Shown one piece after another: positions 19,701 to 28,446 of a stretch of DNA of 64,000 nucleotides (its first letter is position 1; each line of letters begins with the position of its first letter). A program made the position numbers and the translations under genes. Location of the stretch: NCBI GenBank assembly GCA_963712115.1, contig CAVQGX010000030.1:96001-160000 (forward strand). Direction: 5' to 3'. The notes beneath the pieces were generated by a model, which was not told the DNA's origin, made no database searches, and worked only from the letters and a program-made list of their open reading frames with translations. Origin of the DNA: an uncultured delta proteobacterium. GTDB lineage: Bacteria; Desulfobacterota; Syntrophobacteria; BM002.

Positions 19701-19972
19701 ATCGTGCCGCGACCATAGAAACTCTCGCTTTTCATTTCCACGAGGCCTTCGACGCTCTTGAGGACATCCTCCTGTTCGTCGATGATCTCCCGTTCAACCT
19801 CTTGAGGGCTTGCTCCCGTCCAGATGGTATTAACAGTAATCTCGGCTTTGTCCACATTCGGTGTGAGTTGCACTGGAATGCGGAGAAGGGCAATCAGCCC
19901 AAACATCACCAAGAGAATGACTCCCACGATCACGGTGATAGGATTCTTTATGGAGGCATCTACTAGTTTCAT
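16727..19972 (-). CDS. RND efflux permease (AcrB/AcrD/AcrF family)
   Basis: 1081 aa; GMVVDAAIVVLENI, GTVVNNAIL, RIRPIFM. Confidence 0.95.
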   Translation of the reverse strand: MKLVDASIKNPITVIVGVILLVMFGLIALLRIPVQLTPNVDKAEITVNTIWTGASPQEVEREIIDEQEDVLKSVEGLVEMKSESFYGRGTITLKFQVGTDPNAALLKVSNNLNQVPEYPDEAEEPVLVSSGSQQNAIAWIVLERLSGDNTNIATEYQFIKDFIKPRFERIPGVAESEIYGGVEPEMQVIFDPDSLAAHRISIAEVAVALNSENENISAGDFDEGKRKFIARTVGQYQSPQDVANVVIKYINGAPIYVYDVAEVRLGYAKPTATVHEKDRPTIAVNCKRQTGANVIQVMKGVRQAITELNAGLLKERGMRLRQVYDETEYIESAIDLVRQNLFVGGTLAVLVLILFLRSINSTLIIATAIPISVVGTFLMMTFFGRNINVISLAGLAFAVGMVVDAAIVVLENIDRHRELGESRVVAAYRGTTEVWGAVLASTLTTMAVFIPVVYVQEEAGQLFKDIAIAISCAVALSLIVSITVIPTFAAKILGFFRERRKAKLAVKYQQMHGVSANPGSKPAGNDTYDSVVQVSALSKALRRLDNFAHRFTEWVANFNYKVTESVPARLAVVLVLTGLSLGMALWLSPPSEYLPEGNRNFVFNFLLPPPGYNLEELDDIGKEIVENLEPYWKGVETKEATTEFREPRIRNLFYVALGRLMFAGASTEDPLKARDLVPIFKQELTKIPGFYATSYQSSLFGRGISSGRTIDIDITGPDMVQLVQIGARIFGQSMQLLPGSQIRPIPSLDLGNPEIQIIPDRVRAASLGLAARDIGEAVDTLLDGRKVSDYQHEGKEIDLTLMGRSSSTQRTQDFDNLLLRTRDGQLITLGSVTDVRWVAGPTQINHIERQRAITIQVRPPKETPLETAMQIIENQIIPPLKNSGELGSLYNINLAGTADDLVVTRRALQWNFILALVITYLLMAALFASFLYPFVIMFSVPLAAAGGFAGLWLVSTFIEYQALDVLTMLGFIILIGTVVNNAILIVHQSLNHMRQEGLERREAIREAVRNRIRPIFMSTTTSVFGMLPLVLFRGAGSELYRGLGSVVVGGLALSTIFTLFLIPALFSLVLDARYKLTGKIM

Positions 19973-19980
19973 CTGGTCTT

Positions 19981-20071
19981 AGTTCCAGGTTCCAGGTTCA
20001 AAGTTTCAAATTATGATCCTCATTAGGTTTTTATAGATTAAACTTGAAACTTTGAACTTGGTACTTTGAAC
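19981..20071. repeat. Gene-less GTTCCAG/AACTTGA inverted heptamer pair inside the RND operon
   Basis: agttccaggttccaggttcaaagtttcaaa ... aacttgaaactttgaacttggtactttgaac. Confidence 0.8.
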
Positions 20072-21166
20072 TCATTTGATAATTTGTACAGGCTGTCCAG
20101 GACGGAGCCTTTCATTACCCCTGGTGACCACCTGCATACCTGGTTCGAGCGGCCCTTTGACTTCTATCAAGCTATCCGAGGCATTACCCAGTTCGACTGG
20201 CAGCGGCTGTGCTGTTCCCTCGCGCACCACAAAAACTAGGTGCTTTTGACCCACATTTACCACTGCGTCTTTGGGCACCGCCAGTACTGAGCCTGGTTTG
20301 CCAATGGCCAGGTTAACCCTGCAAAGCATGCCGCCCTTAATGTGATTGTCGCTGTTCTCAACCGAGACTTTGATTGGGAAAGTCCGACTGGCTGAGTCGC
20401 CCACAGGAATGATAGCCGCAATCTTACCTTTGAATTTCTCCGGGTTCAGGGCATCAACCTGAACATTGGTACTTCCTCCCAACACGAGCTTGGGCACGTA
20501 GCGCTCGGGTACGTCCACCAAAATGTCCATGATGCTGAGATCGGCAACTGTGACTATCGGTCCGCCCTTTTCTACCCACTGACCAACTTCAGTATATTCT
20601 TTCACCACAAAGCCGGAGAAAGGCGCGCGGATGATTTTTTTGGCGATAGAGTCCTCTTTGTGCTCTATCTCAGCCTCTAAGCTACGGACCCTCGCCTCCA
20701 GGGATTGGACCTCGGCTAGATTGTCTGTGTACTGTTTGTCAGAAATGGTTTCTGTCGCCAGCAACTTAGATGACCTGGTCAAATCTGCGCGAGCCCTGCT
20801 CAATTGAGATTGGGTGTCGGCTTTATTGGCCTGGGCCCCTTTGAGTTCAATTCTGAGAAGACTGTCTTCTAAACGAGCAAGAATGGCTCCCTTTTTTACA
20901 AAATCTCCCTCACTCACATCGAATTTTTCTACGATACCCTCAATATCTGAGGCCAGTACGCTGGTCAACTTTGGTTGAGCCGTGCCAATGAGCTGAACCT
21001 GTGGCGCAATCTCCACTCGGGTTACTTCGGCGACTTTAACCAGAGCAGCTGGAGGTGCTTTTTCTTGAGCTTGACTTGTGGAGATCTGCATAACAGAAAA
21101 GTGGAAAAACGCGGCAATTAAAAGCAGAGCGATCCGCAAAGTATTCCCCGGTATCAACTTGGTCAT
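20072..21166 (-). CDS. RND periplasmic adaptor (membrane fusion protein)
   Basis: N-terminal signal/TM, EGDFVKKG, IRAPFSG, VPKDAV, GNERLRPG. Confidence 0.92.
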   Translation of the reverse strand: MTKLIPGNTLRIALLLIAAFFHFSVMQISTSQAQEKAPPAALVKVAEVTRVEIAPQVQLIGTAQPKLTSVLASDIEGIVEKFDVSEGDFVKKGAILARLEDSLLRIELKGAQANKADTQSQLSRARADLTRSSKLLATETISDKQYTDNLAEVQSLEARVRSLEAEIEHKEDSIAKKIIRAPFSGFVVKEYTEVGQWVEKGGPIVTVADLSIMDILVDVPERYVPKLVLGGSTNVQVDALNPEKFKGKIAAIIPVGDSASRTFPIKVSVENSDNHIKGGMLCRVNLAIGKPGSVLAVPKDAVVNVGQKHLVFVVREGTAQPLPVELGNASDSLIEVKGPLEPGMQVVTRGNERLRPGQPVQIIK

Positions 21167-21461
21167 AGAGGGCTCCTAATCTGCCTTGGAACGTTTGAAT
21201 ATCCAAAACAAATAGTTTAGCACGCACCATGCCTAGTTACAAGAAGCAGAAGCAGAGCGTATAGCGTCAATTGGTTGATTAGAGAACTAGTCAACTCGTC
21301 GATTGGTCGAGTAGTCAAATCGTTAAAGCCAATGAAGACGTCCATCACAGAGGTCAGAAGTCGGAGATCAGAGATCAGCTTTAACCCTGACCTCCGACAT
21401 CTGATCTCTGACCTCTAAGTTCTACCTGCTGCCAGGTAAAATCTGTCATCTGTCGTCTATC

Positions 21462-21995
21462 CTAGACGTTTATATCGCAAAGATGGAGGGATGGTAGGTT
21501 GCGATAGAGCTGCCTGTAATCCATGCCGTAACCCACCACGAAAACGTCGGGAATGTCGAAGCCGGTGAAGCTTATGGGAAGGGGTACTATGCGACGAATG
21601 GACCGATCCAGCAATGTACAAATCTTAATACTCTCAGGATTTCTCGCTTCCAGGTGCCGAATGAGGTATCCGAGGGTGAGACCGGTGTCTATGATGTCCT
21701 CTACAATGACTACGTTTTTGCCGGTGATAGACTCGTCTAAGTCTTTTAAAATCTTTACAGCGCCCGGGGAGCCCTCAACACCTTCATAGCTGGAGATTGC
21801 CATAAAATCGAGTGAGTGAGGGATTTCAATATTTCTGACCAAGTCAGCCAAAAAAACGAAAGAACCCTTTAGTATACCCAAGAGAACCAACTCCTTGCCT
21901 CGGTAGGCAGCGGAAATCATTTTGCCAAGTTCTTTAACGCGACCTTGGATCTGTTCAGCGCTGAAATAGACTTCACCTAGTGGATCCTTTTTCAT
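21462..21995 (-). CDS. hpt: Hypoxanthine phosphoribosyltransferase
   Basis: GILKGSF, VVIVEDIIDTGLTL, FVVGYGMDY. Confidence 0.95.
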   Translation of the reverse strand: MKKDPLGEVYFSAEQIQGRVKELGKMISAAYRGKELVLLGILKGSFVFLADLVRNIEIPHSLDFMAISSYEGVEGSPGAVKILKDLDESITGKNVVIVEDIIDTGLTLGYLIRHLEARNPESIKICTLLDRSIRRIVPLPISFTGFDIPDVFVVGYGMDYRQLYRNLPSLHLCDINV

Positions 21996-22067
21996 AATAT
22001 TTCCTCATTGACGCGTAGGCTTCTAAAAGGGTGGCAGAAGGATTTGTCTTCTAAGGATTCCTGCGGC

Positions 22068-22691
22068 CTATTCTTTTTTTGGCGTGTGCGATCCGATATT
22101 ATTCGCAGAAATTCCAAATTTGACCAATAAAGCTTTGTAGTCTTTGCCGTAAAACAATTTGATAGGGATGTCAGGATAATGTTGTTCAAAAAGACGGACC
22201 TTCCGATTCTTCTTGGTTACCAGGGACTGTTTCATCGTGGTTAGTTCGATGAAAATGCCGTAATCGGGAAGATAGAAGTCGGGTGTAAAAGATTCTCGAA
22301 CATAACCCTCAGCATCCCAGGCAATGGGGAAAGTTGTAGGTTCATATTCCCAGCTTATTTTGTAGAAATCGAGAATGCGGGCAAACTCCTGCTCACTCTC
22401 ATTGGCAAAAGGGAGTGTGCGGCTCTGCTGGTAGGCCTGAGCATTGTCGTAGTCATCAAGTTCGCCCCTATCGGAGAGTATTGTTTCTATTTCATTTATA
22501 GCTCGTTTCATCTCAGGTAGCAGAGCGACTGGGATAGATGTCCTTGATTCTACCACTGCTTCACCATCTCCATTCTTCTCGGTTTGCAGCTGTAGAAAAA
22601 GACCCTGTTTGGACTCCAGTAGACTCACTGTAGCTTCCTTGTTTGCACCTATGGTGAACTTCTTTTCAAAAAGTGAAACTTCAGCAGACAC
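22068..22691 (-). CDS. Hypothetical protein with a C-terminal PD-(D/E)XK-like domain, upstream of hpt
   Basis: SEQEFARILD, WEYEP, FTPDFYLP, FIELTT. Confidence 0.65.
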   Translation of the reverse strand: MSAEVSLFEKKFTIGANKEATVSLLESKQGLFLQLQTEKNGDGEAVVESRTSIPVALLPEMKRAINEIETILSDRGELDDYDNAQAYQQSRTLPFANESEQEFARILDFYKISWEYEPTTFPIAWDAEGYVRESFTPDFYLPDYGIFIELTTMKQSLVTKKNRKVRLFEQHYPDIPIKLFYGKDYKALLVKFGISANNIGSHTPKKE

Positions 22692-22801
22692 GGGTATCTC
22701 CTAATGGCAGGACCATAGTGAGGTTATCTTGTTGAAAAGTTCTCTATCTAAGTTCACAGTCTTTAATTAAACTTAGAGGCTGTTGTCAAGCAAAAGTTCA
22801 C

Positions 22802-22985
22802 TAGCCCGGATGTTTCATGAATTGCTGTCACGAGAGCACGAAGATGGGCGGGCCACCGGGCAACCGCAGGGTGTTGGTCCCGAGGCGCACCTGAATGGTA
22901 CGTCGCAGGGACCAACACCCGAGGACGGCAGGAAGGATGCCCATATTCGTGGTCGCAGTAAGCGATTCATGGAATATCCGGGCTA
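22802..22985. mobile_element. MITE-like element (uninterrupted copy)
   Basis: TAGCCCGGATGTTTCATGAAT ... ATTCATGGAATATCCGGGCTA; CTAG at both ends; homologous to 9752-10100. Confidence 0.8.
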
Positions 22986-23234
22986 GATCACTCGAAGCCT
23001 CGATTGTTTGGTTTCTAGCCCGGTAAAGACTGACCTCCCCTTCTTGATCGGGCTTTTCGTGCATGTTATAGTTCCTCTTATACTTTTTATATTCGGTTTT
23101 CTCGTCACTAATAAAGCACTCTGCTCCTAGGACATGGAGGACCCATAAGGGATAATCCCACAGCGCTGTGGGGTGCTATATTTTTTTCCGTATTACAGGT
23201 CATACAAAAATAGTCATTAAGGACGGAGCAATCA

Positions 23235-23576
23235 ATGTCCAAAGAAGGTGACCTGGTACTAGTGCATGTAGAAGATAGTCCGGCCTTTTTTGCCCGAATC
23301 GAATGCATAAGTCCAGATGTTAAGCGCGACTGGTACCAGGTAACCCTGCTGGTTCTGCAGGTGCCGCTAGTTGAGGTTACTTGGATATTGAAAGAGGAAT
23401 ACATTAGCGGAGTCTCTTTCACCATGGGAGGGAAAAGGGTGGTTATGGAGCGTGTTGTGGCTCCTCCCAAAATGCTACCGCCAGACGAGGATAGTAAATC
23501 GCAAAAATATCCCAAGAAAAAGCCAAGTCCTGACAGGGAGACAGGCAAAGTCATATCTTTGTTTGAAAGGAAATAA
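23235..23576 (+). CDS. Hypothetical protein
   Basis: GGAG RBS; beta-rich N-terminus; KVISLF C-terminus. Confidence 0.75.
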   Translation: MSKEGDLVLVHVEDSPAFFARIECISPDVKRDWYQVTLLVLQVPLVEVTWILKEEYISGVSFTMGGKRVVMERVVAPPKMLPPDEDSKSQKYPKKKPSPDRETGKVISLFERK

Positions 23577-23942
23577 TTGATCCATGCCCTCGCCCCCCAC
23601 CACACAAATTCCCCATCAAGAGTAAGTTGTAAGCAGTCAGCGGTAAGCGGTATAATTTGTTATCCGTTTCCGAAGAACCTCAGCCTTTTACTCTCAGTCC
23701 TCTGACCTCCGATCTCTGTCTTCTGCCAGCTGCCTGTTTAGCCAGTTGAGCCAGTTTAGCGCGTTTAGCCCGTTGGCCATCAGAACAAGAAAGAATTCCA
23801 CGTTCCGCCTTTAAATCCTCGTCTCGCCCGTCTCGCTCATCTCGCCACCCTTACACTAAACCATTGTAATTCTGCATGATTTGCGCTATATTGCACTAGT
23901 CTGGGTATTTCGCAAAGGAAAATAAATATCCACGGTCGGAGC

Positions 23943-23968
23943 AAGCGATTCATGAAACATCCGGGCTA
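23943..23968. repeat. Solo MITE terminal repeat
   Basis: AAGCGATTCATGAAACATCCGGGCTA matches the right end of 22802-22985. Confidence 0.75.
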
Positions 23969-23982
23969 TATGAGGTGACGGG

Positions 23983-24522
23983 ATGCCCGACTTCTTTGAA
24001 TTCCCCCAAATCGAAGGCGAGAGGCGGATCAACTCGCGTGTCTACTTGCGCGAGATTAAAGGTAGGGTTGAGGTTTTTAAGGATGGGGAAGTATATGCTG
24101 TTTTTGCTGAAAACGACAGGGAATTTCGTAAGGCGGTTATGATTCAGTTAGCTCGTCTTGGTGCTGCAAGTTTCCGGGAACTCTGTGCTGGTTTTCAGGT
24201 TGACCGTGAGACCTTGGAAAGATACCTCATTCGCTCTCAGGAAAGTGGTCTCCGTGCTGTGATGGACGACAAGCCCGGCCCTAAAGGCCCGTGGAAGGCT
24301 GATGATGTTACGCGCCTGGAGGTGATCAAAGAATACGTCAATGAACCCGGAATCTCTGACAGTGAGATTGCTCGACGAGTCTCGGCACGACGGCCTATTC
24401 AAGTAGACCATAAAATGGTAAACCGTATTCTTCGTCATGCCGGTCTGAAGGCCTCACCGGAGGTTGATTCCGTGAGCGACGAATCCCCAGCCAACCAACT
24501 CGCCCTCCGTTTCAAGACCTAA
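23983..24522 (+). CDS. Helix-turn-helix protein resembling a transposase N-terminal/ORFA module
   Basis: Two HTH-like segments (FRELCAGFQVDRETLERY; SDSEIARRV..VNRIL) joined by KPGPKGPWK; no catalytic domain. Confidence 0.6.
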   Translation: MPDFFEFPQIEGERRINSRVYLREIKGRVEVFKDGEVYAVFAENDREFRKAVMIQLARLGAASFRELCAGFQVDRETLERYLIRSQESGLRAVMDDKPGPKGPWKADDVTRLEVIKEYVNEPGISDSEIARRVSARRPIQVDHKMVNRILRHAGLKASPEVDSVSDESPANQLALRFKT

Positions 24523-24753
24523 CCTTAGGGTTAATTTGTCGATTAGTTAATTAGTTGATTCGTCAATTAGTTGATTAGGGAATTTGATAATTAGTTAAAT
24601 AGTTCCAATACTTAACCGCTTACGGCTTACTGCTTACGGCTTACCAATACCGTTTACCGTTCACCGTTTACGACATAACGACTTCTATGATTTTTACGAC
24701 TTTTACGATCTCCGAACGATTTGACTATTCGACCAATCGACCAATTGACGAAA

Positions 24754-25071
24754 TTAATAATACGTCTCGACAAATTTCTCTAGGTAGGCATAATAGATGG
24801 GCTGCATCTCGGTGAACTCGATGGCCATACCATCTGGTTCGCTTCTTCTGACAACACCTTTGGCCACAATGGGAAGGTATTGGGACTCGAGTGGAATTTG
24901 GAACTGAAGATTCACCTCAGTGTCCACTGGGAGGGGCTTGGCTGTTTCAATGAAGCATCCCAGGGGATTCAAATCCCTGATCATCCAGTCTTTCTCTTCG
25001 AAGACCCTGATGCCAAATTCCAAGCGTGGATAGCGTCTCCTGCTTTCGATATCCAATGATTCCTCCGCCAT
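24754..25071 (-). CDS. PilZ domain protein
   Basis: RRYPR (RxxxR) and DLNPLG (D/NxSxxG-like) motifs; GMAIEF. Confidence 0.85.
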   Translation of the reverse strand: MAEESLDIESRRRYPRLEFGIRVFEEKDWMIRDLNPLGCFIETAKPLPVDTEVNLQFQIPLESQYLPIVAKGVVRRSEPDGMAIEFTEMQPIYYAYLEKFVETYY

Positions 25072-25232
25072 ATGAAACTCCCCATATCACTCTGCAAATC
25101 AAGGGCCTCTGACTTGCGCCACTCCCGAGCATATAATTAAAGCTTGTTTGAAGGCAAACAAATAAAACAATTTTATCTAAATTTTGATTGTTTCCCTTGG
25201 CCCATATTTTGGGCCTCACGGTGGTGTAGTTA

Positions 25233-25248
25233 TGCAATCGGTATGCCA
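25233..25248 (-). promoter_or_regulatory. Sigma54 promoter for the PilZ gene
   Basis: Minus strand TGGCAT-ACCGA-TTGCA. Confidence 0.7.
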
Positions 25249-25443
25249 TAAATCCCGGATGTATAGAAAATAATTCGAATTTTTTGAATCGATTTTTCCA
25301 CAATATTCACGAACCACCATTTACAAATTAAAGGTTTCTACGGCTTCCTGTGAGCTATGAGCTTTCAGCTGTCAGCTAACTTGACGCCTTCAACATTTTG
25401 AACGACTTGAACGCTTTGAACGACTTGCCCCCCTCTTTCCCCC

Positions 25444-25473
25444 TTGACTTTCACCTAACTTTCACCCTATAAT
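25444..25473 (+). promoter_or_regulatory. Sigma70 promoter of the SOS cassette with an overlapping direct-repeat operator
   Basis: TTGACT-N18-TATAAT; ACTTTCACC at 25447-25455 and 25458-25466. Confidence 0.7.
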
Positions 25474-25488
25474 TCAAACATAGTTTGT

Positions 25489-25960
25489 AAATCCGAAATC
25501 CCAAGCACGAAATCCTAAACAAATTCAAATGTCCAAAGCACAAAATTCAAAACAATACGATTTGGAAGATCGCACTCTGGCTTTTGCTAAAGATGTACGC
25601 AGTTTCGTGAAAAAACTGCCGAAAACTTTAGCCAATATCGAAGACGGCAGACAGCTGATCAAAGCCCCCGGCTCCGTTGGTGCCAATTACATTGAAGCTA
25701 ATGAAGCTTTAAGCAAAAAAGATTTCATTATGAGAATTAAGATATGTCGCAAGGAGGGGAAAGAAAGCCGATATTGGCTGAGGTTGATTAGCACGGAAGA
25801 CATTAGAGAACTTGAAGAAGAAAGACGAGATTTGGAAAGAGAAGCCAGCGAGCTCACCAGTATTTTTGGTTCCATCCTGACTAAAAGCTCATGATGTTTT
25901 GGTGATTTGAAATTGGGATTTGGGATTTGTTTAGGATTTAGGATTTAGATATTGGGATTT
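25489..25960 (+). mobile_element. Four-helix-bundle cassette 1 (AAATCCY arms)
   Basis: Left arm 25489-25553 and right arm 25895-25960 are in-register inverted heptamer arrays; mobility is inferred. Confidence 0.6.
25529..25894 (+). CDS. Four helix bundle protein (23S rRNA IVP / bAvd-like)
   Basis: DLEDRT..F, QLIKAPGSVGANYIEA, SKKDF, ESRYWLRL. Confidence 0.9.
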   Translation: MSKAQNSKQYDLEDRTLAFAKDVRSFVKKLPKTLANIEDGRQLIKAPGSVGANYIEANEALSKKDFIMRIKICRKEGKESRYWLRLISTEDIRELEEERRDLEREASELTSIFGSILTKSS

Positions 25961-26038
25961 TCCCTAATCACCGTTTACCGTTCACCATTTACGAATTGAC
26001 TAATCAACGAATTGACCAATTGACTCAGAGGTATACCC

Positions 26039-26641
26039 ATGCAACTCACAAAACAGCAAACCCGAGTCTATAGCTATCTGGAGACCTATCTTCGCCGGAA
26101 AGGTAGGCCGCCATCTTACCAAGAAATCCAGGATTACTTTGGCTTTGGTTCCCTAAACTCAGTGGTCAAGCACCTCAAGCAGCTTGAACGCAAGGGCTAT
26201 CTGGAGAGTCCCTGGGGTAATCAGAAACGGGCTTTTCGCCTTCTACCTCTGCGAACAACTGCGGCTACCATACCCTTTCTCGGGAGGGTAGCTGCCGGCG
26301 CTCCCATCGAGGCTGTAGATATACCCGAAGCGGTGGAAGTGCCCGAAAGCCTGCTTGCCGGCGGTAACAACTTCGCCCTTCAAGTGCAAGGAGAGTCGAT
26401 GATCGATGAGGGCATTCGCGACGGGGATGTACTCATAATCCGAAAACAGGACCATGCTGACAATGGTCAGACCGTGGTGGCACAGATCGAAGGGGAGGCC
26501 ACAATAAAGAAGTTTTACCAGCGGGACGGTAGGGTGGAACTACGACCGGCGAATGAGGAACTGAAACCTCTCGTGGTTCCCGCCGAAAAGGTAGAAATCA
26601 TCGGCGTGGTTGTAGGGCTAGTCCGGCATTATAAGAGATAA
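26039..26641 (+). CDS. lexA: LexA repressor
   Basis: LT..Q, PPSYQEI winged HTH; VAAG cleavage site; GESM serine and TIKK lysine. Confidence 0.95.
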   Translation: MQLTKQQTRVYSYLETYLRRKGRPPSYQEIQDYFGFGSLNSVVKHLKQLERKGYLESPWGNQKRAFRLLPLRTTAATIPFLGRVAAGAPIEAVDIPEAVEVPESLLAGGNNFALQVQGESMIDEGIRDGDVLIIRKQDHADNGQTVVAQIEGEATIKKFYQRDGRVELRPANEELKPLVVPAEKVEIIGVVVGLVRHYKR

Positions 26642-26657
26642 CGCAAAGCGTTTTCCG

Positions 26658-27200
26658 GCGAGACGAGCGAGACGGGAGGTCGAGCGAGACGGGGATTAAA
26701 TATCAAAATGATTACGCAGGTAATTACATGAGAAAGGGGCGCCATTATGAGTAAAAGCAAAAAGGTTAGTCGGTTCGAAGATTTGGAAGTTTGGCAGGAA
26801 GGATGTGATCTCGCTGTTCAAATTTACAAGCTGTCGAGAGAAGGAAAACTTGCAAGGGATTATGGTCTCAGGGATCAGATGACTAAATCCGCAGTTTCTA
26901 TTCCCTCAAACATAGCCGAGGGTAAGGAGCGTGAGACGGCACCAGAACTTATCCGCTACCTTTACATTGCCAAAGGCTCTACTGGTGAGTTGCAAACACA
27001 AATATACATAGCTCAGAGAATCGGCTACGTGGACGAAGGAACATCCTACAACCTTATTCAGCAAACCAAAGTTTTGTCCAAAAAACTAGGCAGCTTCATT
27101 CAATACCTTAAAAGAAACGTTGAGCTAGCGAGAAAGTGAGACAAGATAAAAAGGTCTGATCATTACTCGTCTCGCCCGTCTCGCTCGTCTCGCGTCTCGC
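26658..27200 (+). mobile_element. Four-helix-bundle cassette 2 (GCGAGACGG arms)
   Basis: gcgagacgagcgagacgggaggtcgagcgagacggg ... ctcgtctcgcccgtctcgctcgtctcgcgtctcgc; mobility is inferred. Confidence 0.6.
26747..27139 (+). CDS. Four helix bundle protein (23S rRNA IVP / bAvd-like)
   Basis: FEDLEVWQ, DQMTKSAVSIPSNIAEG, AKGSTGELQTQ, GY. Confidence 0.92.
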   Translation: MSKSKKVSRFEDLEVWQEGCDLAVQIYKLSREGKLARDYGLRDQMTKSAVSIPSNIAEGKERETAPELIRYLYIAKGSTGELQTQIYIAQRIGYVDEGTSYNLIQQTKVLSKKLGSFIQYLKRNVELARK

Positions 27201-27210
27201 GAAAATTGCT

Positions 27211-28446
27211 ATGCTTCGCGAAAAGATGATAAGCGAAATCTTACACTTAGATATCCGCGACTTCTGCATTGCCCTGGAACGGCAGCGACGGCCTGATCTG
27301 AGGGAATGGCCGGTAGTCGTCGCACCGGGGCAGGGGCGAACGGTGGTCCAGGCTGTCTCTCCCGAAGCCCGAGAGGAAGGCATACATCCGGGTATGGTCG
27401 TGGCTCGGGCCCGACAGTATTGCCGCCGTCTTACTGTGCTGCCTCCGGATTTCTCGCTCTATCGGCAAGCCCAGGAAAAGATAGTGACCGCTTTAGGAAG
27501 GTTTTCGCCCTTGGTGGAGCCGGCCTCCTGGGGACATTTCTTTGTTGATGCCACCGGGACTCGTCGCCTCTGGGGGGGGTTGCTCGATAGGGCTGATCTG
27601 ATGCGGCGATTGGTGGATACAGAATTTCAACTGGATACTGCTGTGGGTGTGGCCAGCAACAAACTGGTGAGCCGGGTTGCCTCCCGGGTGGTGAAGGCTC
27701 GGGAATTGTGTGATGTTTTTCCTGGACTGGAGGCTTCTTTCCTCTCACCTCTGGCGGTAAATGTTCTTCCCGGGGTGGGGGAAGTGACCACCGCCAGATT
27801 GCTAGCCGAACTTAATCTTCAAACCGCGGGAGAATTAGCCCACGTCTCCCCAATGCTTTTGAGTCAGATATTTGGAGCCGTGGGGCAAAGGCTTCGGAGC
27901 ATGGCTTTGGGAGAAGATCCCTCACCGGTGCTAACACCGAAAGCCGTGCCCATGTTGCGGGAAGAGGTTCAACTGCCGGAAGATGATAATCACCGGCATA
28001 GGTTGTTGGGTTATCTCTATGGGCTCGTTGAAGCACTGGGCCGCCGGTTGCGTTCCCAAAATCGCTGTCCCGGTGAACTGGCCCTTACAGCGACCTATGC
28101 AGACGGTGTTCAGGCGAGGGCGCGGGAGCGACTTGCTGTTGCCGGCTGTGAATTTCATTTGGACAGTTTTCTATATGAGGCAGCGTTACGGCTTTTCACT
28201 CAGGCTGTTCAGCGACGTATACGCTTAAGACGTTTGTCTCTAAACGTCGCCCATCTCCAGACCCCTTTCGGCCAACTGGCCTTATTCCCCTGGGACGACC
28301 CCGGCCGGGGCAAAGAGGTCAAGCTACTACGGGCTATCGACCAAGTCCGCCACCGTTTCGGTAACGAGGTGCTTTACTATGGACGCACGGAGGTCAGACG
28401 ACGGAGGACAGAGATCAGACGTCAGAGGTCAGAGGACAGAACTTAA
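27211..28446 (+). CDS. imuB: Y-family polymerase homolog, ImuB-like (catalytic acidic residues degenerate)
   Basis: HLDIRDF instead of DMDAF; SWGHFFVD instead of SIDEAFLD; QLALF clamp motif; upstream of dnaE2; last ~20 aa are encoded by a repeat arm. Confidence 0.8.
   Translation: MLREKMISEILHLDIRDFCIALERQRRPDLREWPVVVAPGQGRTVVQAVSPEAREEGIHPGMVVARARQYCRRLTVLPPDFSLYRQAQEKIVTALGRFSPLVEPASWGHFFVDATGTRRLWGGLLDRADLMRRLVDTEFQLDTAVGVASNKLVSRVASRVVKARELCDVFPGLEASFLSPLAVNVLPGVGEVTTARLLAELNLQTAGELAHVSPMLLSQIFGAVGQRLRSMALGEDPSPVLTPKAVPMLREEVQLPEDDNHRHRLLGYLYGLVEALGRRLRSQNRCPGELALTATYADGVQARARERLAVAGCEFHLDSFLYEAALRLFTQAVQRRIRLRRLSLNVAHLQTPFGQLALFPWDDPGRGKEVKLLRAIDQVRHRFGNEVLYYGRTEVRRRRTEIRRQRSEDRT

Noticed and set aside
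21218-21233. Sigma54 promoter for the RND operon (minus strand AGGCAT-GGTGC-GTGCT)
   Set aside because: Correct GG-N10-GC spacing but mismatches in both boxes; too weak to call
25072-25232. c-di-GMP riboswitch in the PilZ leader
   Set aside because: The conserved GGCAAA..GAAA..GACGCAAA pattern was not found
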